64,000 bases of DNA from Dehalococcoidia bacterium (GCA_030740155.1 JASLXV010000054.1:32001-96000), one strand, 5' to 3'. Counted from the stretch's first letter, positions 42,445 to 53,380 are shown. Numbers and translations are program-made. Notes: generated by a model from the sequence alone, not told the origin.

Positions 42445-42568
42445 CCGGCCGGCACCCCCCCGGTCCCTTCGTGCGCCAGGATTCGAACCTTGCCCTCACC
42501 CACCTTTAGCCATGGTTCTTCGGGTTTCTGCATGGTGGTATCACCGAACGCCAACCGGTTGACCAGCT

Positions 42569-42637
42569 GTCATGCTGAGCGAAGCGAAGTATCTCAGACG
42601 TGTGGCAAAGAGACTCTTCGCCGGCGCCCAGAGTGCC
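42569..42637. repeat. REP doublet (GTCATGCTGAGCGAAGCGAAGTATCT ... AGACTCTTCG..CAGAGTG)
   Basis: Imperfect inverted pair in an intergenic region. Confidence 0.65.
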
Positions 42638-42675
42638 AATCCAAAGGCCCACACCGACCCCCCGGCCGCTTCTCG

Positions 42676-42704
42676 TTGACACTCCACTCAGCGCTGGCTA
42701 GACT
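42676..42704 (+). promoter_or_regulatory. Sigma70-type promoter for the mutase gene
   Basis: TTGACA-17 nt-TAGACT. Confidence 0.65.
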
Positions 42705-42853
42705 GAAATCAAACGTCACGCCCCGGCGGGCCTGGCCCGGTTTCGAAACGATTCTCCCAGCCAACCAGGGCTGTCCCCAGGGCTATCCAAAGTCCCCGCG
42801 CGGAATCTCAGGAATCAGGGCGAAGAGATTTCGACCGGCAAGAAGGAAGCATC

Positions 42854-44452
42854 GTGACTTCCCAACGGAAGAACACTTATAAAACCCCGTCCCAAATAAA
42901 GGTGGAGCCGGTCTACACCCCGGAAGACCTGCGGGACACCGACTACGCCGGTGACGTGGGACTGCCCGGCGAGCATCCCTACCTGCGGGGCATCCACCCC
43001 ACGGGCTACCGGGGACAGCTCTGGACCATGCGAATGTTCGCCGGTTTCGGCCGCCCCGAAGAAACCAACCAGCGGTTCAAGTTCCTGCTCGGCCACGGCC
43101 AAACGGGCCTGAGCGTGGCCTTCGACATGCCCACCCTCTACGGGTATGACACCGACGACCCGAGGGCGGCCGGAGAGTTCGGCAAATGCGGCGTCGCTAT
43201 TTCGTCGCTGGCCGACATGGAGACTCTCTTCGACGGGATACCCCTGGGTCGAGTCACCACCTCAATGACCATCAACGCCCCGGCGGCCATCATCTGGGCC
43301 ATGTACATCGCCGTGGCCGAGAAGCAGGGCGTCTCTCCGGATCGCCTCGGCGGCACCATCCAGAACGACATCCTGAAAGAGTACATCGCTCAGAACGAGT
43401 ACATCTTTCCCCCTAACCCGTCCATGCGCCTGGTCGTGGACACGGTGGAGTTCGCCACCCGGCAGCTGCCCCGGTGGAACCCCATCAGCATCAGCGGCTA
43501 CCACATTCGCGAGGCCGGTTCCACGGCGGTACAGGAGCTGGCCTTTACCCTGGCCGACGGGTTCGAGTACGTCCGGCACTGCCTGGCCCGCGGGCTCGAT
43601 GTAGACGAATTCGTTCCCCGGCTTAGCTTTTTCTTCAACGTGCACAACAACTTTTTTGAGGAAATCGCCAAATTCCGGGCGGCCCGCCGCGTCTGGGCCA
43701 AGGAGTTGCAGGGGACTTTCCAGGCCCGGAACCCACGGTCCCACCGGCTCCGCTTTCACGCCCAGACCTCCGGAGCCAGCCTGACCGCCCAGCAGCCGGA
43801 AAACAACGTCGTGCGGGTATCTTTACAGGCCCTGGCCGCGGTGCTGGGCGGCTGTCAATCGCTCCACACCAACGGTAAGGACGAAGCCTGGGCCTTGCCT
43901 TCGGAAGAGGCGGCGTTGCAGGCCCTTCGCACCCAGCAGATCATCGCCCATGAGACCGGAGTTACCGACACCACCGACCCCCTGGGCGGCAGCTACTTCC
44001 TGGAGATCTTGACCAATCAGGTGGAAGCCGGCAGCTACGATTACTTCAGCCGCATCGAGGCCCTGGGAGGCGTCATACCGGGCCTGGAGGCTGGCTTCTT
44101 CCAGAAGGAGATCGCCGACGCCTCCTACGCCTATCAGCAGGAAGAAGACCGGCGGGAACGGATTACCGTGGGCGTCAACGAGTTTCACTCCGACGCCACG
44201 TTGGACATCCCTCTGTTGCGGGTTGACGAGGCGGGCCAAGAGATACAGGTCCAACGCCTCGAGGACGTGCGGCGCCGGCGGGACGACCGGGCCACGGCCG
44301 CCAAGCTTCGGGCGCTGGAACAGGCGGCTCGCGGGTCCGACAATCTGATGCCGCCACTGTTGGAAGCGGTCAGAGCTTACGCCACCCTGGGCGAAATGAT
44401 GGACGTGCTCCGTGACGTTTTTGGAGAATACCAGCCGTCCTGGGGCTTCTAG
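42854..44452 (+). CDS. B12-dependent acyl-CoA mutase, large (substrate-binding) subunit, isobutyryl-CoA mutase type
   Basis: [31 protein letters not shown] and SGYHIREAG motifs; no B12-binding domain. Confidence 0.93.
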   Translation: MTSQRKNTYKTPSQIKVEPVYTPEDLRDTDYAGDVGLPGEHPYLRGIHPTGYRGQLWTMRMFAGFGRPEETNQRFKFLLGHGQTGLSVAFDMPTLYGYDTDDPRAAGEFGKCGVAISSLADMETLFDGIPLGRVTTSMTINAPAAIIWAMYIAVAEKQGVSPDRLGGTIQNDILKEYIAQNEYIFPPNPSMRLVVDTVEFATRQLPRWNPISISGYHIREAGSTAVQELAFTLADGFEYVRHCLARGLDVDEFVPRLSFFFNVHNNFFEEIAKFRAARRVWAKELQGTFQARNPRSHRLRFHAQTSGASLTAQQPENNVVRVSLQALAAVLGGCQSLHTNGKDEAWALPSEEAALQALRTQQIIAHETGVTDTTDPLGGSYFLEILTNQVEAGSYDYFSRIEALGGVIPGLEAGFFQKEIADASYAYQQEEDRRERITVGVNEFHSDATLDIPLLRVDEAGQEIQVQRLEDVRRRRDDRATAAKLRALEQAARGSDNLMPPLLEAVRAYATLGEMMDVLRDVFGEYQPSWGF

Positions 44453-44614
44453 TCTACTGTCTCATAAATGGTTTGATACCCTGCCCGTCATCCCGGCGAA
44501 GGCCGGGTTCCAGCAAAAGCTTCTCTGGATTCCGGCCTTCGCCGGAAAGACGCCGGTGGTGAGTGTGCCGCATGATTTCGCTGGTGTAAAGCTATTTACG
44601 AGACTGTACACTAG
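44449..44614 (+). mobile_element. MITE-like element bounded by CTAG, with imperfect terminal inverted repeats and an internal CGTC REP doublet
   Basis: CTAG-TCTACTGTCTCATAAAT ... ATTTACGAGACTGTACA-CTAG; REPs at 44486..44513 and 44525..44552. Confidence 0.8.
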
Positions 44615-44854
44615 CTCAGGCTCATGCCAACGGAGGCCGCTGACCTCTCCCCTCGGGGTTTCTGCCCTGAGGAGGCCCCCCTTTTCGTCCTCCCGGCTAT
44701 TCCCGGCCTGTCTCGGCCCGTGAGCCAGCGCTCCGATTGTTCTGATTGGCTTCCGGCAGCCCGGCCCGCGCGTCCGGCAAATCTTGAGGGCCCCGGCGTG
44801 CCGGGGCCCTTAAACGTTATCCTTCGCCACGGAGGCAGCCCCCCGCGCCGGTGC

Positions 44855-46900
44855 TTACTCCTGCTCGCGGGCCCGCTTTATCTCTTCAATGACACGTTGC
44901 TCGATGTTGGGAGGCACGGGATCGTAGTGGTCGAATTCCAGCTTGTACACCCCTCTGCCTTGGGTCAGCGACCGTAGGTCCTGGGCGTAACGCTGGGTTT
45001 CCGCTCGCGGGACTTCCGCCTCGATAACCGTGACGCTCTCGTGGGGAGTCATCCCCAAAATGCGGCCCCGCTTCCCATTCAAGTCGCTCATGACCTCGCC
45101 GGTGTAGGCATCGGGCACGGTGACCGTGAGCTTCATGACCGGCTCAAGCAGGATGGGACTGGCTTGGGAAATCCCTTTGCGCAGAGCCTGATTGCCGGCG
45201 ATTTCAAAGGACATTCCGGACGAGTCGACATCATGGTAGCTCCCGTCGTAGATGACGGCTTTCAGGTCAACGATAGGGAACCCGGCCAGAACGCCTTGCT
45301 CCAACGCCTTGGTAACCCCTTTTTCGACAGATGGTATGTACTCCTTGGGCACCCTGCCGCCCGTGACCTCATTCGCGAACTCGAATCCCTGAGTCCGCTC
45401 CAGCGGCTCCAGCCTGAGCAGCACGTGACCGTACTGGCCATGGCCACCGGTCTGCTTCTTGTGGCGGTACTCGGTCTGGGTCACCTGGGTTATGGTCTCT
45501 TTGTAGGCAACCCGGGGCAGCCTCACCCGCAAATCAGCGCCGAACTTGCGGCGAATCTTATCCATCGCCACATCGACCTGGGCTTCACCCAGTCCCGTGA
45601 GCAAGCTCTCGTTGGTATCGGAATCCCGGGAATGGCGCAGGCTCGGGTCCTCCTCCGCGATCCGGCTCAGCGACGTCGACATCTTGTCCAGGTCGGCTTT
45701 GGTGGCCGGCGTAACGGCCACGCAGTGAAAACCCTCCGGAAACTTGATCCTCTCGAAGGTCACCAGTTGGTCCCGCGCGCACAGGGTATCCCCCGTGACG
45801 GTCGACGCCAGCTTGCCGATAGCGCCAATATCGCCGGCGCCCACCTCGGACACATTATCCTGAGACTTGCCCCGCGGCAAATAGAGCTGCCCAATCCGCT
45901 CCGACTGCTCCCGGGCGCTGTTCCACACCTCCGAGTTGCTCTTCATGGTGCCCCGGAAGACGCGAAACACGGACAGTTTTCCCACGAAGGGGTCCGCGGT
46001 TGTCTTGAACACGAACGCCGCCAACGGCCCGTCGGGGTCGGTCTCACATTCGACCGGCTCTTTGCTGGGTAACCCGGCCATGCCGGGTTTGACCCCATCG
46101 GCGGGAGAGGGAAGGAACGTCAGAACCATCTCCACGAACTCCTCCACTCCCATGTTCTTGATGGCGGAGCAAGCGAGAATGGGCACCATTTCACCTTTCT
46201 GGATGGCGGAGCGCGCCCCGGTTTCGATCTCCTCCTGGGTCAACTCTTCGCCCTCGAGGTATTTATCGGCAAGGGCGTCATCGCTCTCAGCCGCGGCCTC
46301 AATCAACCGCTCCCGGGCGGCCTCCAGCTCCTCGGCCATCTCCGAGGGAACGTCGGCCGGGGGATTGATGACACTGATCATCCCCTGGAAGTCCTGGGCT
46401 TCTCCGATAGGTAAATTAAAGGGGACGCATTTATTGCCGAAGGTCCCTTGGATATCGGTAACACAACGGGAGAAGCTGGCGTTTTCCCGGTCCATCTTGT
46501 TCACCAGGAACATTTTAGGCAGCCCATTGGCCTCGGCCATGCTCCAGGCGCGCTCGGTGCCCACATCGACACCGGATTGAGCAGCTACCAAGATGACGGC
46601 GCTCTCCACCACGCGTAAGGCGGCGGTCACTTCTCCCAGGAAATCGTCGTAGCCGGGGGTGTCGAGGAAATTTACTTTTTGGCCATCCCAGGCACAGGAA
46701 ATCAGGGTGGTTTGGACGCTGCTGCCGCGTTTCACTTCCTCCGGCTCGTAGTCGGAGACGGTGTTTCCGTCCTCCACGCGGCCCACACGGGTAGTTGCGT
46801 TTACGTTGAACAGAAGGGTTTCGCTCAGCGAGGTTTTGCCGGCCCCGCTGTGGGAAACTAAAGCTACGTTTCGAAGGTTCCGGACATCGACTGTGGGCAT
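44855..46900 (-). CDS. fusA: Elongation factor G paralog (EF-G2-like, outside the str operon)
   Basis: HSGAGKT, DTPG, NKMD, KKQTGGHGQYG and GSYHDVDSS motifs; divergent switch I (RGSSV). Confidence 0.92.
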   Translation of the reverse strand: MPTVDVRNLRNVALVSHSGAGKTSLSETLLFNVNATTRVGRVEDGNTVSDYEPEEVKRGSSVQTTLISCAWDGQKVNFLDTPGYDDFLGEVTAALRVVESAVILVAAQSGVDVGTERAWSMAEANGLPKMFLVNKMDRENASFSRCVTDIQGTFGNKCVPFNLPIGEAQDFQGMISVINPPADVPSEMAEELEAARERLIEAAAESDDALADKYLEGEELTQEEIETGARSAIQKGEMVPILACSAIKNMGVEEFVEMVLTFLPSPADGVKPGMAGLPSKEPVECETDPDGPLAAFVFKTTADPFVGKLSVFRVFRGTMKSNSEVWNSAREQSERIGQLYLPRGKSQDNVSEVGAGDIGAIGKLASTVTGDTLCARDQLVTFERIKFPEGFHCVAVTPATKADLDKMSTSLSRIAEEDPSLRHSRDSDTNESLLTGLGEAQVDVAMDKIRRKFGADLRVRLPRVAYKETITQVTQTEYRHKKQTGGHGQYGHVLLRLEPLERTQGFEFANEVTGGRVPKEYIPSVEKGVTKALEQGVLAGFPIVDLKAVIYDGSYHDVDSSGMSFEIAGNQALRKGISQASPILLEPVMKLTVTVPDAYTGEVMSDLNGKRGRILGMTPHESVTVIEAEVPRAETQRYAQDLRSLTQGRGVYKLEFDHYDPVPPNIEQRVIEEIKRAREQE

Positions 46901-47317
46901 CGAGACTCCCCCTTATCCCAGCGGGATGAAGTTAACCCCGCAAGCTCAATCCAGGACCGAAGCCGATCGGGAGCACGAAACCGCCAGTTGCTTCCCATCG
47001 CTACCGCGGCCACAGCTTAATCTTATCGGCTCCGGAGCTTCCGGGCAACACCTGGCCTAAATTCCGGGTCCCGCCCAAAATGAGCCGGCCCCGGATAATC
47101 CGTTTCGAGTTCATTTCAGCAACCAATCCAATGGCTTCGGCCGCCGCGGAGCAATGCACTTCCGGTGACATTCCCACTCTCACCCTCCTCTGAACCGGGG
47201 GGGGGCAATGCCTCTCACGCCGTTTCCCTCCGGCTCTTTACCAGGCTATTATTGGGGGGTGTGGCCGCCGGCCCCCTCGGGCTCCGATGGGTTTCTTGCC
47301 CGGAGCGTCCGGCGATA

Positions 47318-47345
47318 TTGACAGTATCTGGCACCTGGCTATAAT
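47318..47345 (+). promoter_or_regulatory. Consensus sigma70 promoter
   Basis: TTGACA-16 nt-TATAAT upstream of the RidA gene. Confidence 0.75.
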
Positions 47346-47431
47346 GAACAGGCGCTCGGAACGGAGTTCGCGTCAGCGGCGCGGTTCCAGACACCGGGCC
47401 TCACCCAAACGTCTCTACAGGAGGTGCCGAT

Positions 47432-47818
47432 ATGCCGGTCAAAGAGATCATCACCTGCCCTCAGATTGCCTCGGGGCAAGCGCCCCTATCCCAGGCCACC
47501 CGGTTCGGGAACCTGGTCTTTGTCGCAGGCAACACGGGACGGCACCCCACGACCAGTGTGGTGGGCAAGGACATCAAGGAGCAGACCGCCTTTGCTCTGC
47601 AACGGATCCAGATGATCCTGGAAACAGCGGGCTCTTCCCTGGACAACGTGCTGACCAACACCTGCTACGTCACCAATCGAGAGGACTTGAAGGGTTTCAA
47701 CGAAGTCTACGCCGGGTATTTCAAGAACGACCGGCCGGCGCGCACCACAGTCGTCGTCAATTTCGGATCGCCGGACAACCTCGTGGAAATCACATCTACC
47801 GCATTTATCTCCGACTAG
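47432..47818 (+). CDS. RidA family protein
   Basis: LVFVAG, AGSSLDNV, FNEVYAGYF..RPART and VEI motifs. Confidence 0.92.
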   Translation: MPVKEIITCPQIASGQAPLSQATRFGNLVFVAGNTGRHPTTSVVGKDIKEQTAFALQRIQMILETAGSSLDNVLTNTCYVTNREDLKGFNEVYAGYFKNDRPARTTVVVNFGSPDNLVEITSTAFISD

Positions 47819-47827
47819 GGTGCCACC

Positions 47828-48061
47828 TTGTCAGCTAGGGCGTTCATCCTGATAGAAACTCAGGTGGGAAAGAGCCAAGAAGTGGCCGCTGCCTTGCGGC
47901 GCATGGAAGGGATCAAGTCGGCCGATGTCATCACGGGCACCTACGACGTGATCTCCCTCATCGATGCCGCGGATATGAGCGCCGTGGCCGACCTGGTAAC
48001 CGGCCGGGTGCAGGCGATACACGGGGTCATGCGGACGATCACCTGCGTGACCGCCGGCTAG
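47828..48061 (+). CDS. Lrp/AsnC ligand-binding domain protein (stand-alone)
   Basis: AFILI...GK, TGTYDVI and I.GV.RT.TC motifs. Confidence 0.9.
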   Translation: MSARAFILIETQVGKSQEVAAALRRMEGIKSADVITGTYDVISLIDAADMSAVADLVTGRVQAIHGVMRTITCVTAG

Positions 48062-48209
48062 ACCTTCTCCGGCCGTGGCCCTTCCCCCAGGAGTCCGTTG
48101 CCCGTTGGCCCTCGGGTCATGGCCCGCGGGCTCAGCCGCTGGCCCGGCGCCCCCGGATACTCCCTCCAACCCCATGAAGCCCGGCACCCGGCGAACCGCT
48201 TCAGGCCGC

Positions 48210-48518
48210 TCAGATCTTCTTTAGGACCACGTGGGAGCGGTTGAGGGTGTGGGGACGAACCTGGCTTGCCCAGTCGCCTTTCTCCGATTCCGCCTTCCAG
48301 GCGTCGCTGAAGGGAATCTCCGGTGAGTCGATCTCGTACAGGGCGGTATACCGGGCCACGCCGTCCACGTCGGCCGATTCCAGCCGGTAGCGGGTGCAGC
48401 CGTGGCAACCGGGGGCGTTAAGAATATTGGGAACGTGCTGGGTGTCGTAGATTCGGTTGAATGCCTCTTCGTGCTCGGCGGGTATGTCCATCTGCACCAC
48501 GTACAAATAGTCTGCCAT
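48210..48518 (-). CDS. EthD/DUF4286-like dimeric alpha-beta barrel protein
   Basis: EEAFNRIYDTQHVP...PG and ALYEIDS; homologous to both halves of 61959..62618. Confidence 0.8.
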   Translation of the reverse strand: MADYLYVVQMDIPAEHEEAFNRIYDTQHVPNILNAPGCHGCTRYRLESADVDGVARYTALYEIDSPEIPFSDAWKAESEKGDWASQVRPHTLNRSHVVLKKI

Positions 48519-48897
48519 AGTTACGACGCCTCCCTCAGGTTAATCACCCCTCGAACCGCTCTATTGAATCGCCCGCACGGGCTGCCACCGGCGCCAAATT
48601 CCTGAGCCGGGAGGGCGTTCGGCGTCCCGAGTCCGCCGGCAGGCAACCGAGGAACGACTCTTTCAGAGCGATGGCCACGGGGGTTTTTCCACAGGGATTA
48701 TAGGCGCGGGCCGCAACCGGTACAAGTTCGTCCGGAAAAGACGGCGAGCAATAATGCCGCGCCCTCGACGGCCACACCAATTACCCGGAGGTGAAGATCG
48801 TGGCCCGGTCCCGCCGGAGCTCTGATTTTCAGGTGAGGCAGAGCCCCACGGGCCCGTATCGCCCCGGGGGTCCCGTGGTAGTTCCTCGACCGGGCTG

Positions 48898-49446
48898 CTA
48901 ATACGTCAGCGCCGAGGTGACGCCCTCGGGCAGGTCCACCTCCAGGGCTTGCAGGCAGTTGGCCAGAGCCTGGTAGTAGCCGGCCACAACCAGCAACTCG
49001 ATGATTCCCGCGTCTCCAATCCGGGACCGGAGGGCTTCGAAGGTCACGTCGGAAACCCGATGCTGGCGGAGCAGCTCCAGGAAGAACTGGACTACCACGG
49101 CGTCGTCGGGCGCCAGCCCCACCGGCGCTCGAAACTCGCGGATCGCGCTGATTATGTCATCCGATAGCCCCGCGGCCCGGGCCGGCGCCTGGTTGACCGT
49201 CCAGACGTAGTGCCCGTTGACTTCCCGCGCGGCGGTGAGGACTCCCAGGGCCTTCACCCTGGGGTCCAGCTTGCACTCGTAGCGGGCGTAGCTGCCCAGC
49301 CTCCCGAATCGGCCCGCCACCTCCGGGTTGTTGAAGAGTGCGGCGTAGTTCGGGACCGGGTCCCCGCGCTTGTTCCAAAACTCGTCCCAGAGCTTCTGGT
49401 CTTCCGGACTCAGGTCTTCCCGTTTTGTGAGAGGCACTCTGGCCAT
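48898..49446 (-). CDS. Carboxymuconolactone decarboxylase/AhpD-like protein
   Basis: 182 aa, colinear with 2019..2567. Confidence 0.85.
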   Translation of the reverse strand: MARVPLTKREDLSPEDQKLWDEFWNKRGDPVPNYAALFNNPEVAGRFGRLGSYARYECKLDPRVKALGVLTAAREVNGHYVWTVNQAPARAAGLSDDIISAIREFRAPVGLAPDDAVVVQFFLELLRQHRVSDVTFEALRSRIGDAGIIELLVVAGYYQALANCLQALEVDLPEGVTSALTY

Positions 49447-49529
49447 GGCGCTCTACCTCCAACTACAAATGAAACCGGAGCATACCCAAGCCGGCTCCAA
49501 AACGTGGGGCCAGCCCGGCAAGAATTGTC

Positions 49530-51785
49530 TCACTTCGCCAGCAGGGCGTCCAGGACCGCACCGGGAGACATGGGTAGATTCCGCAGCCGGTGGCCGGTGG
49601 CCCGGGCGATGGCGTTGGCGATGGCCGCCATCGGTGGAATGATGGGCGCTTCGCCCACGCCGCGCACGCCGAATGGGTGCCCCGGATTGGCTACCTCCAC
49701 GATAATCGTGTTGATCAGGGGTAGGTCCAGCGCGATGGGCATCCGGTAATCCAGGAAACTGGCGTTGAGCATCCGGCCTTCTCCATCGAAGAAATACTCT
49801 TCGTTCAACGCCCAGCCGATGCCCTGCGCCACACCACCCTGTATCTGCCCTTCCACGTAAGCGGGATGGATAGCCTTGCCGGCGTCCTGCACCGCGGTGT
49901 AGTTCAGGATGGCCACCTTCCCAGTATCCGGGTCCACCTCCACGTCCACGATGTGGGTGGTAAACGCCCCACCGACTCCCTTGGGGTTGACGCTGACCTG
50001 GCTGGATATGGGACCGCCGGTGTCGTTCAGCCTCTCCGCCAGCTCCTTGAAGGTCAATCTGAGGTCTGGGTCCGACTTGTGCCGGAACACGCCGCCGGTC
50101 AGGGCGACGTCCTCAAGGGGCACGTCCCAGATTTTCGAGGCCCGCTGCACCATCTTGGCGCTAATGTCCTGGGCGCATTCGTAGGCGGCCCATCCGGTGG
50201 CGAAGGTGGTGCGGCTGCCGCCGGTCAGGAAGGTGTAGCCCACCGACTCGGTGTCCCCCACGCTTGGGTGGACGTCCTCGGCGGGGATGCCCAGCACCTC
50301 GGCGGCCTGCATGGCGATGGACACCCGGGTGCCGCCGATGTCGGTGGAGCCTTCGACCAGGCTGACGGTGCCGTCGGCGTTGACCGCAATGGAGCAGCTT
50401 GACTGGAAACCAATGTTGAACCAGAAGCCCGACGCCACTCCCCGGCCGCGCCAGGGCCCTTCGAGGGGAGAGAGGTAATGCTCACTGGCCTTGGCGGCCT
50501 CCAGGCATTCCACGTTGCCGATGCGGCGGAACCTCGGTCCATCGACGCGGCGGGTGCCTTCCTTGGAGGCGTTCAGCAGGCGGAACTCGACAGGGTCCAT
50601 GCCCACCTTTTCGGCGAGTTCGTCGACCACCGTTTCGACCGCAAAGGCGGCGTTGGGAGCGGCTGGTGCGCGGTAGGCCGCCGTCTTGGGCTTGTTGACC
50701 ACCACGTCGTAGCCATCCACCCGCGCGTTCTCCAGGTCGTAGGGGGCGAACATGCACTGGCCCCCCGCGTCGACCATCGCGCCGGGAAAGCTGCCGGCCT
50801 CATAGACCAGGTAAGCATCGCCGGCGGTGAGCTTCCCCGCCTTGGTGACCCCCATCTTCACCTTGATGTAGGTCCCGGAGGTGGGGCCGGTGCCCTCGAA
50901 GACATCGGACCGCGACATGACAATCTTGACCGGTTTTCCGGTCTTGGCGGAAAGCAAAGCGGCCAGCGGCTCGAGGTAGATGTTGATCTTGCCACCAAAG
51001 CCGCCGCCGATCTCCATGGGCACCATCTTTATCCTGGACACCGGCACATCCAACACCTTGGCGAGGTCTTCACGAGCGGTGAAAGCCCCCTGGGTGCTGC
51101 ACCAGACCGTTAGCCGGCCGTCGGCGTTCCAGAGGGCCGAGGCGTTCTGCGGCTCGATGTAGCCCTGGTGGACCGTGGCGGTGGTGTACTCGTGCTCCAC
51201 GGTGATATCGGCCTCGCCGAACCCCTTATCCACATCGCCTTTTTCGTACCTCAGGTGGGATGCCACGTTGCTCAGCTTGCCGGTTTGCTCGCCCAGTTCC
51301 CTGGTGGTCAGATCGTCATGGAGAAAGGTGGAGCCCTCTTTCATCGCCTCCCGGACGTTGGTCACCGGCGGCAGCACCTCGTACACTACGTCGATCAGAC
51401 CCAAGGCTGTATCGGCAATATGCGGGCTGGTTGCTGCCACGGCGGCCACGGCGTGGCCCTTGTACAGGACCTTCCCCCTGGCCAGGAGGTTGTCACTAGC
51501 GAAGCGTAGGTCCTGGTCTGGGTTCTCCATCCGGGCCACCGGCATGTCCTGGCCGGTGATCGCGGCCTTCACGCCAGGGAGCGCCAGGGCTCTACTTACA
51601 TCGATGGACCTGATCCGCGCGTGGGCGTGGGGGCTGCGCAAGACTTTTCCGTGAAGCATCCCGGACGCCTGAAAATCCCCGCCGTATTTGGCCCGGCCGG
51701 TCACTTTATCGGTACCGTCATGGCGGATCGGGCGAGTGCCCACCACCTTATATTCCGTATTGGAAAGAACGATATTGGACGCCAT
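49530..51785 (-). CDS. Xanthine dehydrogenase family molybdopterin-binding subunit
   Basis: KVTGRAKY, RSPHAHA, GGGFGGK, AYRAP, EGQIQGG and GVGE motifs. ATG 51785 follows GAGG. Confidence 0.94.
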   Translation of the reverse strand: MASNIVLSNTEYKVVGTRPIRHDGTDKVTGRAKYGGDFQASGMLHGKVLRSPHAHARIRSIDVSRALALPGVKAAITGQDMPVARMENPDQDLRFASDNLLARGKVLYKGHAVAAVAATSPHIADTALGLIDVVYEVLPPVTNVREAMKEGSTFLHDDLTTRELGEQTGKLSNVASHLRYEKGDVDKGFGEADITVEHEYTTATVHQGYIEPQNASALWNADGRLTVWCSTQGAFTAREDLAKVLDVPVSRIKMVPMEIGGGFGGKINIYLEPLAALLSAKTGKPVKIVMSRSDVFEGTGPTSGTYIKVKMGVTKAGKLTAGDAYLVYEAGSFPGAMVDAGGQCMFAPYDLENARVDGYDVVVNKPKTAAYRAPAAPNAAFAVETVVDELAEKVGMDPVEFRLLNASKEGTRRVDGPRFRRIGNVECLEAAKASEHYLSPLEGPWRGRGVASGFWFNIGFQSSCSIAVNADGTVSLVEGSTDIGGTRVSIAMQAAEVLGIPAEDVHPSVGDTESVGYTFLTGGSRTTFATGWAAYECAQDISAKMVQRASKIWDVPLEDVALTGGVFRHKSDPDLRLTFKELAERLNDTGGPISSQVSVNPKGVGGAFTTHIVDVEVDPDTGKVAILNYTAVQDAGKAIHPAYVEGQIQGGVAQGIGWALNEEYFFDGEGRMLNASFLDYRMPIALDLPLINTIIVEVANPGHPFGVRGVGEAPIIPPMAAIANAIARATGHRLRNLPMSPGAVLDALLAK

Positions 51786-52070
51786 ATCACACACCTCACC
51801 GGCGCTGTTGTCGAAGCTAGAAACCCTCCGGAGTTTATCATACCGCCCTCCGGTTCGAGGCCCCTTCCGGTTCGGCGGATGGGACCGGTGCACGGGCGGA
51901 CCATTCCCGTGTATACTGGGCCGGGCGGCCGCCCTGGGTTTGTGCTCAGAGACCTGGTTTCGCCACGGCATCACTCGGCATCATTCGGAAGGCGGACGCC
52001 ATAACACAATGGCATCGAACCCGCGGTCCGCTCCCCTCGGCCGGCGGACCACCCTGGAGGATCGTCCCTG

Positions 52071-53312
52071 ATGGAAGGAAACATGGAGCCCCTGCGCGAC
52101 ATTCGTGTGCTGGCCGTCACGGTGTATTTGGCCGGGCCTTTTTGCGCCATGAATCTCGCCCGGATGGGCGCCGAGGTCATAACCGTCGAGATGCCGGGCC
52201 GGGGGAACCCGGTGCGAGGAATCGGCAACTACGCCGGGCCCGCGGGAAACCACCCAGTGAGCCAGGGCGACCAGGACCTTTCCACCATGTACCTGAAGCG
52301 GGCCCAGGGGGTCAAGAGCGTCACGCTGAACCTGAAGGACCCCAAGGGCCGTGACATGCTCTTGAAGCTGGCCGAATCCTGCGACATCTTCTTGGAAAAC
52401 CTGGCCCCCGGGTCCATGAAGGCCATGGGTCTGGGTTACCCCGAGGTGTCCCAGGCCAATCCGGGGATAGTCTACTGCTCCATCTCCGGCTACGGGCAGG
52501 ACGGTCCCTACGCCAACAAGCGGGCCCACGACCCCCAGATCCAGGGGATGAGCGGCCTCATGGACATCAACGGCGAGGAGGACGGGTCTCCCATCAGGGT
52601 CGGGTTCCTCATCGGCGACCTCGTCACACCCCTGTTCGCCTGTTACTCCATTCTGGCGGCCCTGCGGGAAAAGGATCGGACCGGCCGGGGGCAACACCTG
52701 GACGTTTCCATGATGGACACGCTGGTATCCCTCATGTTCATGGAGAACCTTGAGGAAAACATCGAGGAAGGGCGGCCCCTGCGGACCGGCAACTTTACCC
52801 GTAGCGGGCCCACCGGCCTGTACCGGGCCAGCGACGGCGACCTTGTCCTGACCGCCAGCGGCGACGACCAGTGGGTGCGGCTGGCCAAAGCCCTCGACGC
52901 CCCGGAGCTGACCGAGGACCCGCGCTTCGCCACCAACTACGCCCGCACCACCCACATAGAGGAGGTCCGGGAAGCGGTCCAACGGTTGATCGGCGGCATG
53001 AGCCTCGCGCAGGCCCTGGAGCGGTTGGAGGCCGGTGATGTCCCCTGCGGGCCGGTTCGATCCGCGGCAGAAGTCCTCGCCGACCCCCATTTCTGGGAGC
53101 GGGGCACCCTCCAACCCATGCGCCACGCCGCCCTCGAAGAGCCGGTGCAGGGAGGCGTGGGGGCGGGGTTCCCGGTGCTGTTCTCCGGGAAGCCGCTGCC
53201 GCAGTTGGCCGGCGCGCCGGCCCTCGGCATGCATAACGACGAAATCTACGGCCGCCTCCTGGGACTGGGAAAAGAGGAACTGGAACGCCTGATGGAAGAG
53301 GGCGTACTGTGA
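52071..53312 (+). CDS. CaiB/BaiF family III CoA-transferase
   Basis: LAGPF..M.LA.MGAEVI.VE, SISGYGQDGP and catalytic Asp in IGDLVT; start may be 52083. Confidence 0.93.
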   Translation: MEGNMEPLRDIRVLAVTVYLAGPFCAMNLARMGAEVITVEMPGRGNPVRGIGNYAGPAGNHPVSQGDQDLSTMYLKRAQGVKSVTLNLKDPKGRDMLLKLAESCDIFLENLAPGSMKAMGLGYPEVSQANPGIVYCSISGYGQDGPYANKRAHDPQIQGMSGLMDINGEEDGSPIRVGFLIGDLVTPLFACYSILAALREKDRTGRGQHLDVSMMDTLVSLMFMENLEENIEEGRPLRTGNFTRSGPTGLYRASDGDLVLTASGDDQWVRLAKALDAPELTEDPRFATNYARTTHIEEVREAVQRLIGGMSLAQALERLEAGDVPCGPVRSAAEVLADPHFWERGTLQPMRHAALEEPVQGGVGAGFPVLFSGKPLPQLAGAPALGMHNDEIYGRLLGLGKEELERLMEEGVL

Positions 53313-53320
53313 AGCCCAGG

Positions 53321-53380
53321 TCAGCGGTAAGCCTTCAGCGGCCAGGCCAAGCGGGGGCTAAAAGCTGAGGGCTGAACGCT
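53321..53380. repeat. Degenerate TCAGC../..GCTGA heptamer-type inverted repeat
   Basis: TCAGCGGTAAGCCTTCAGC ... GCTAAAAGCTGAGGGCTGA; similar pieces near 58327 and 59604..59642. Confidence 0.5.

Noticed and set aside
42470..42495. GCCAGGATTCGAACCT resembles a minus-strand tRNA T-arm
   Set aside because: No acceptor, D or anticodon arms can be built around it.
42710..42853. Cobalamin riboswitch upstream of the B12 mutase
   Set aside because: No B12-box or other conserved cobalamin riboswitch motifs are visible.
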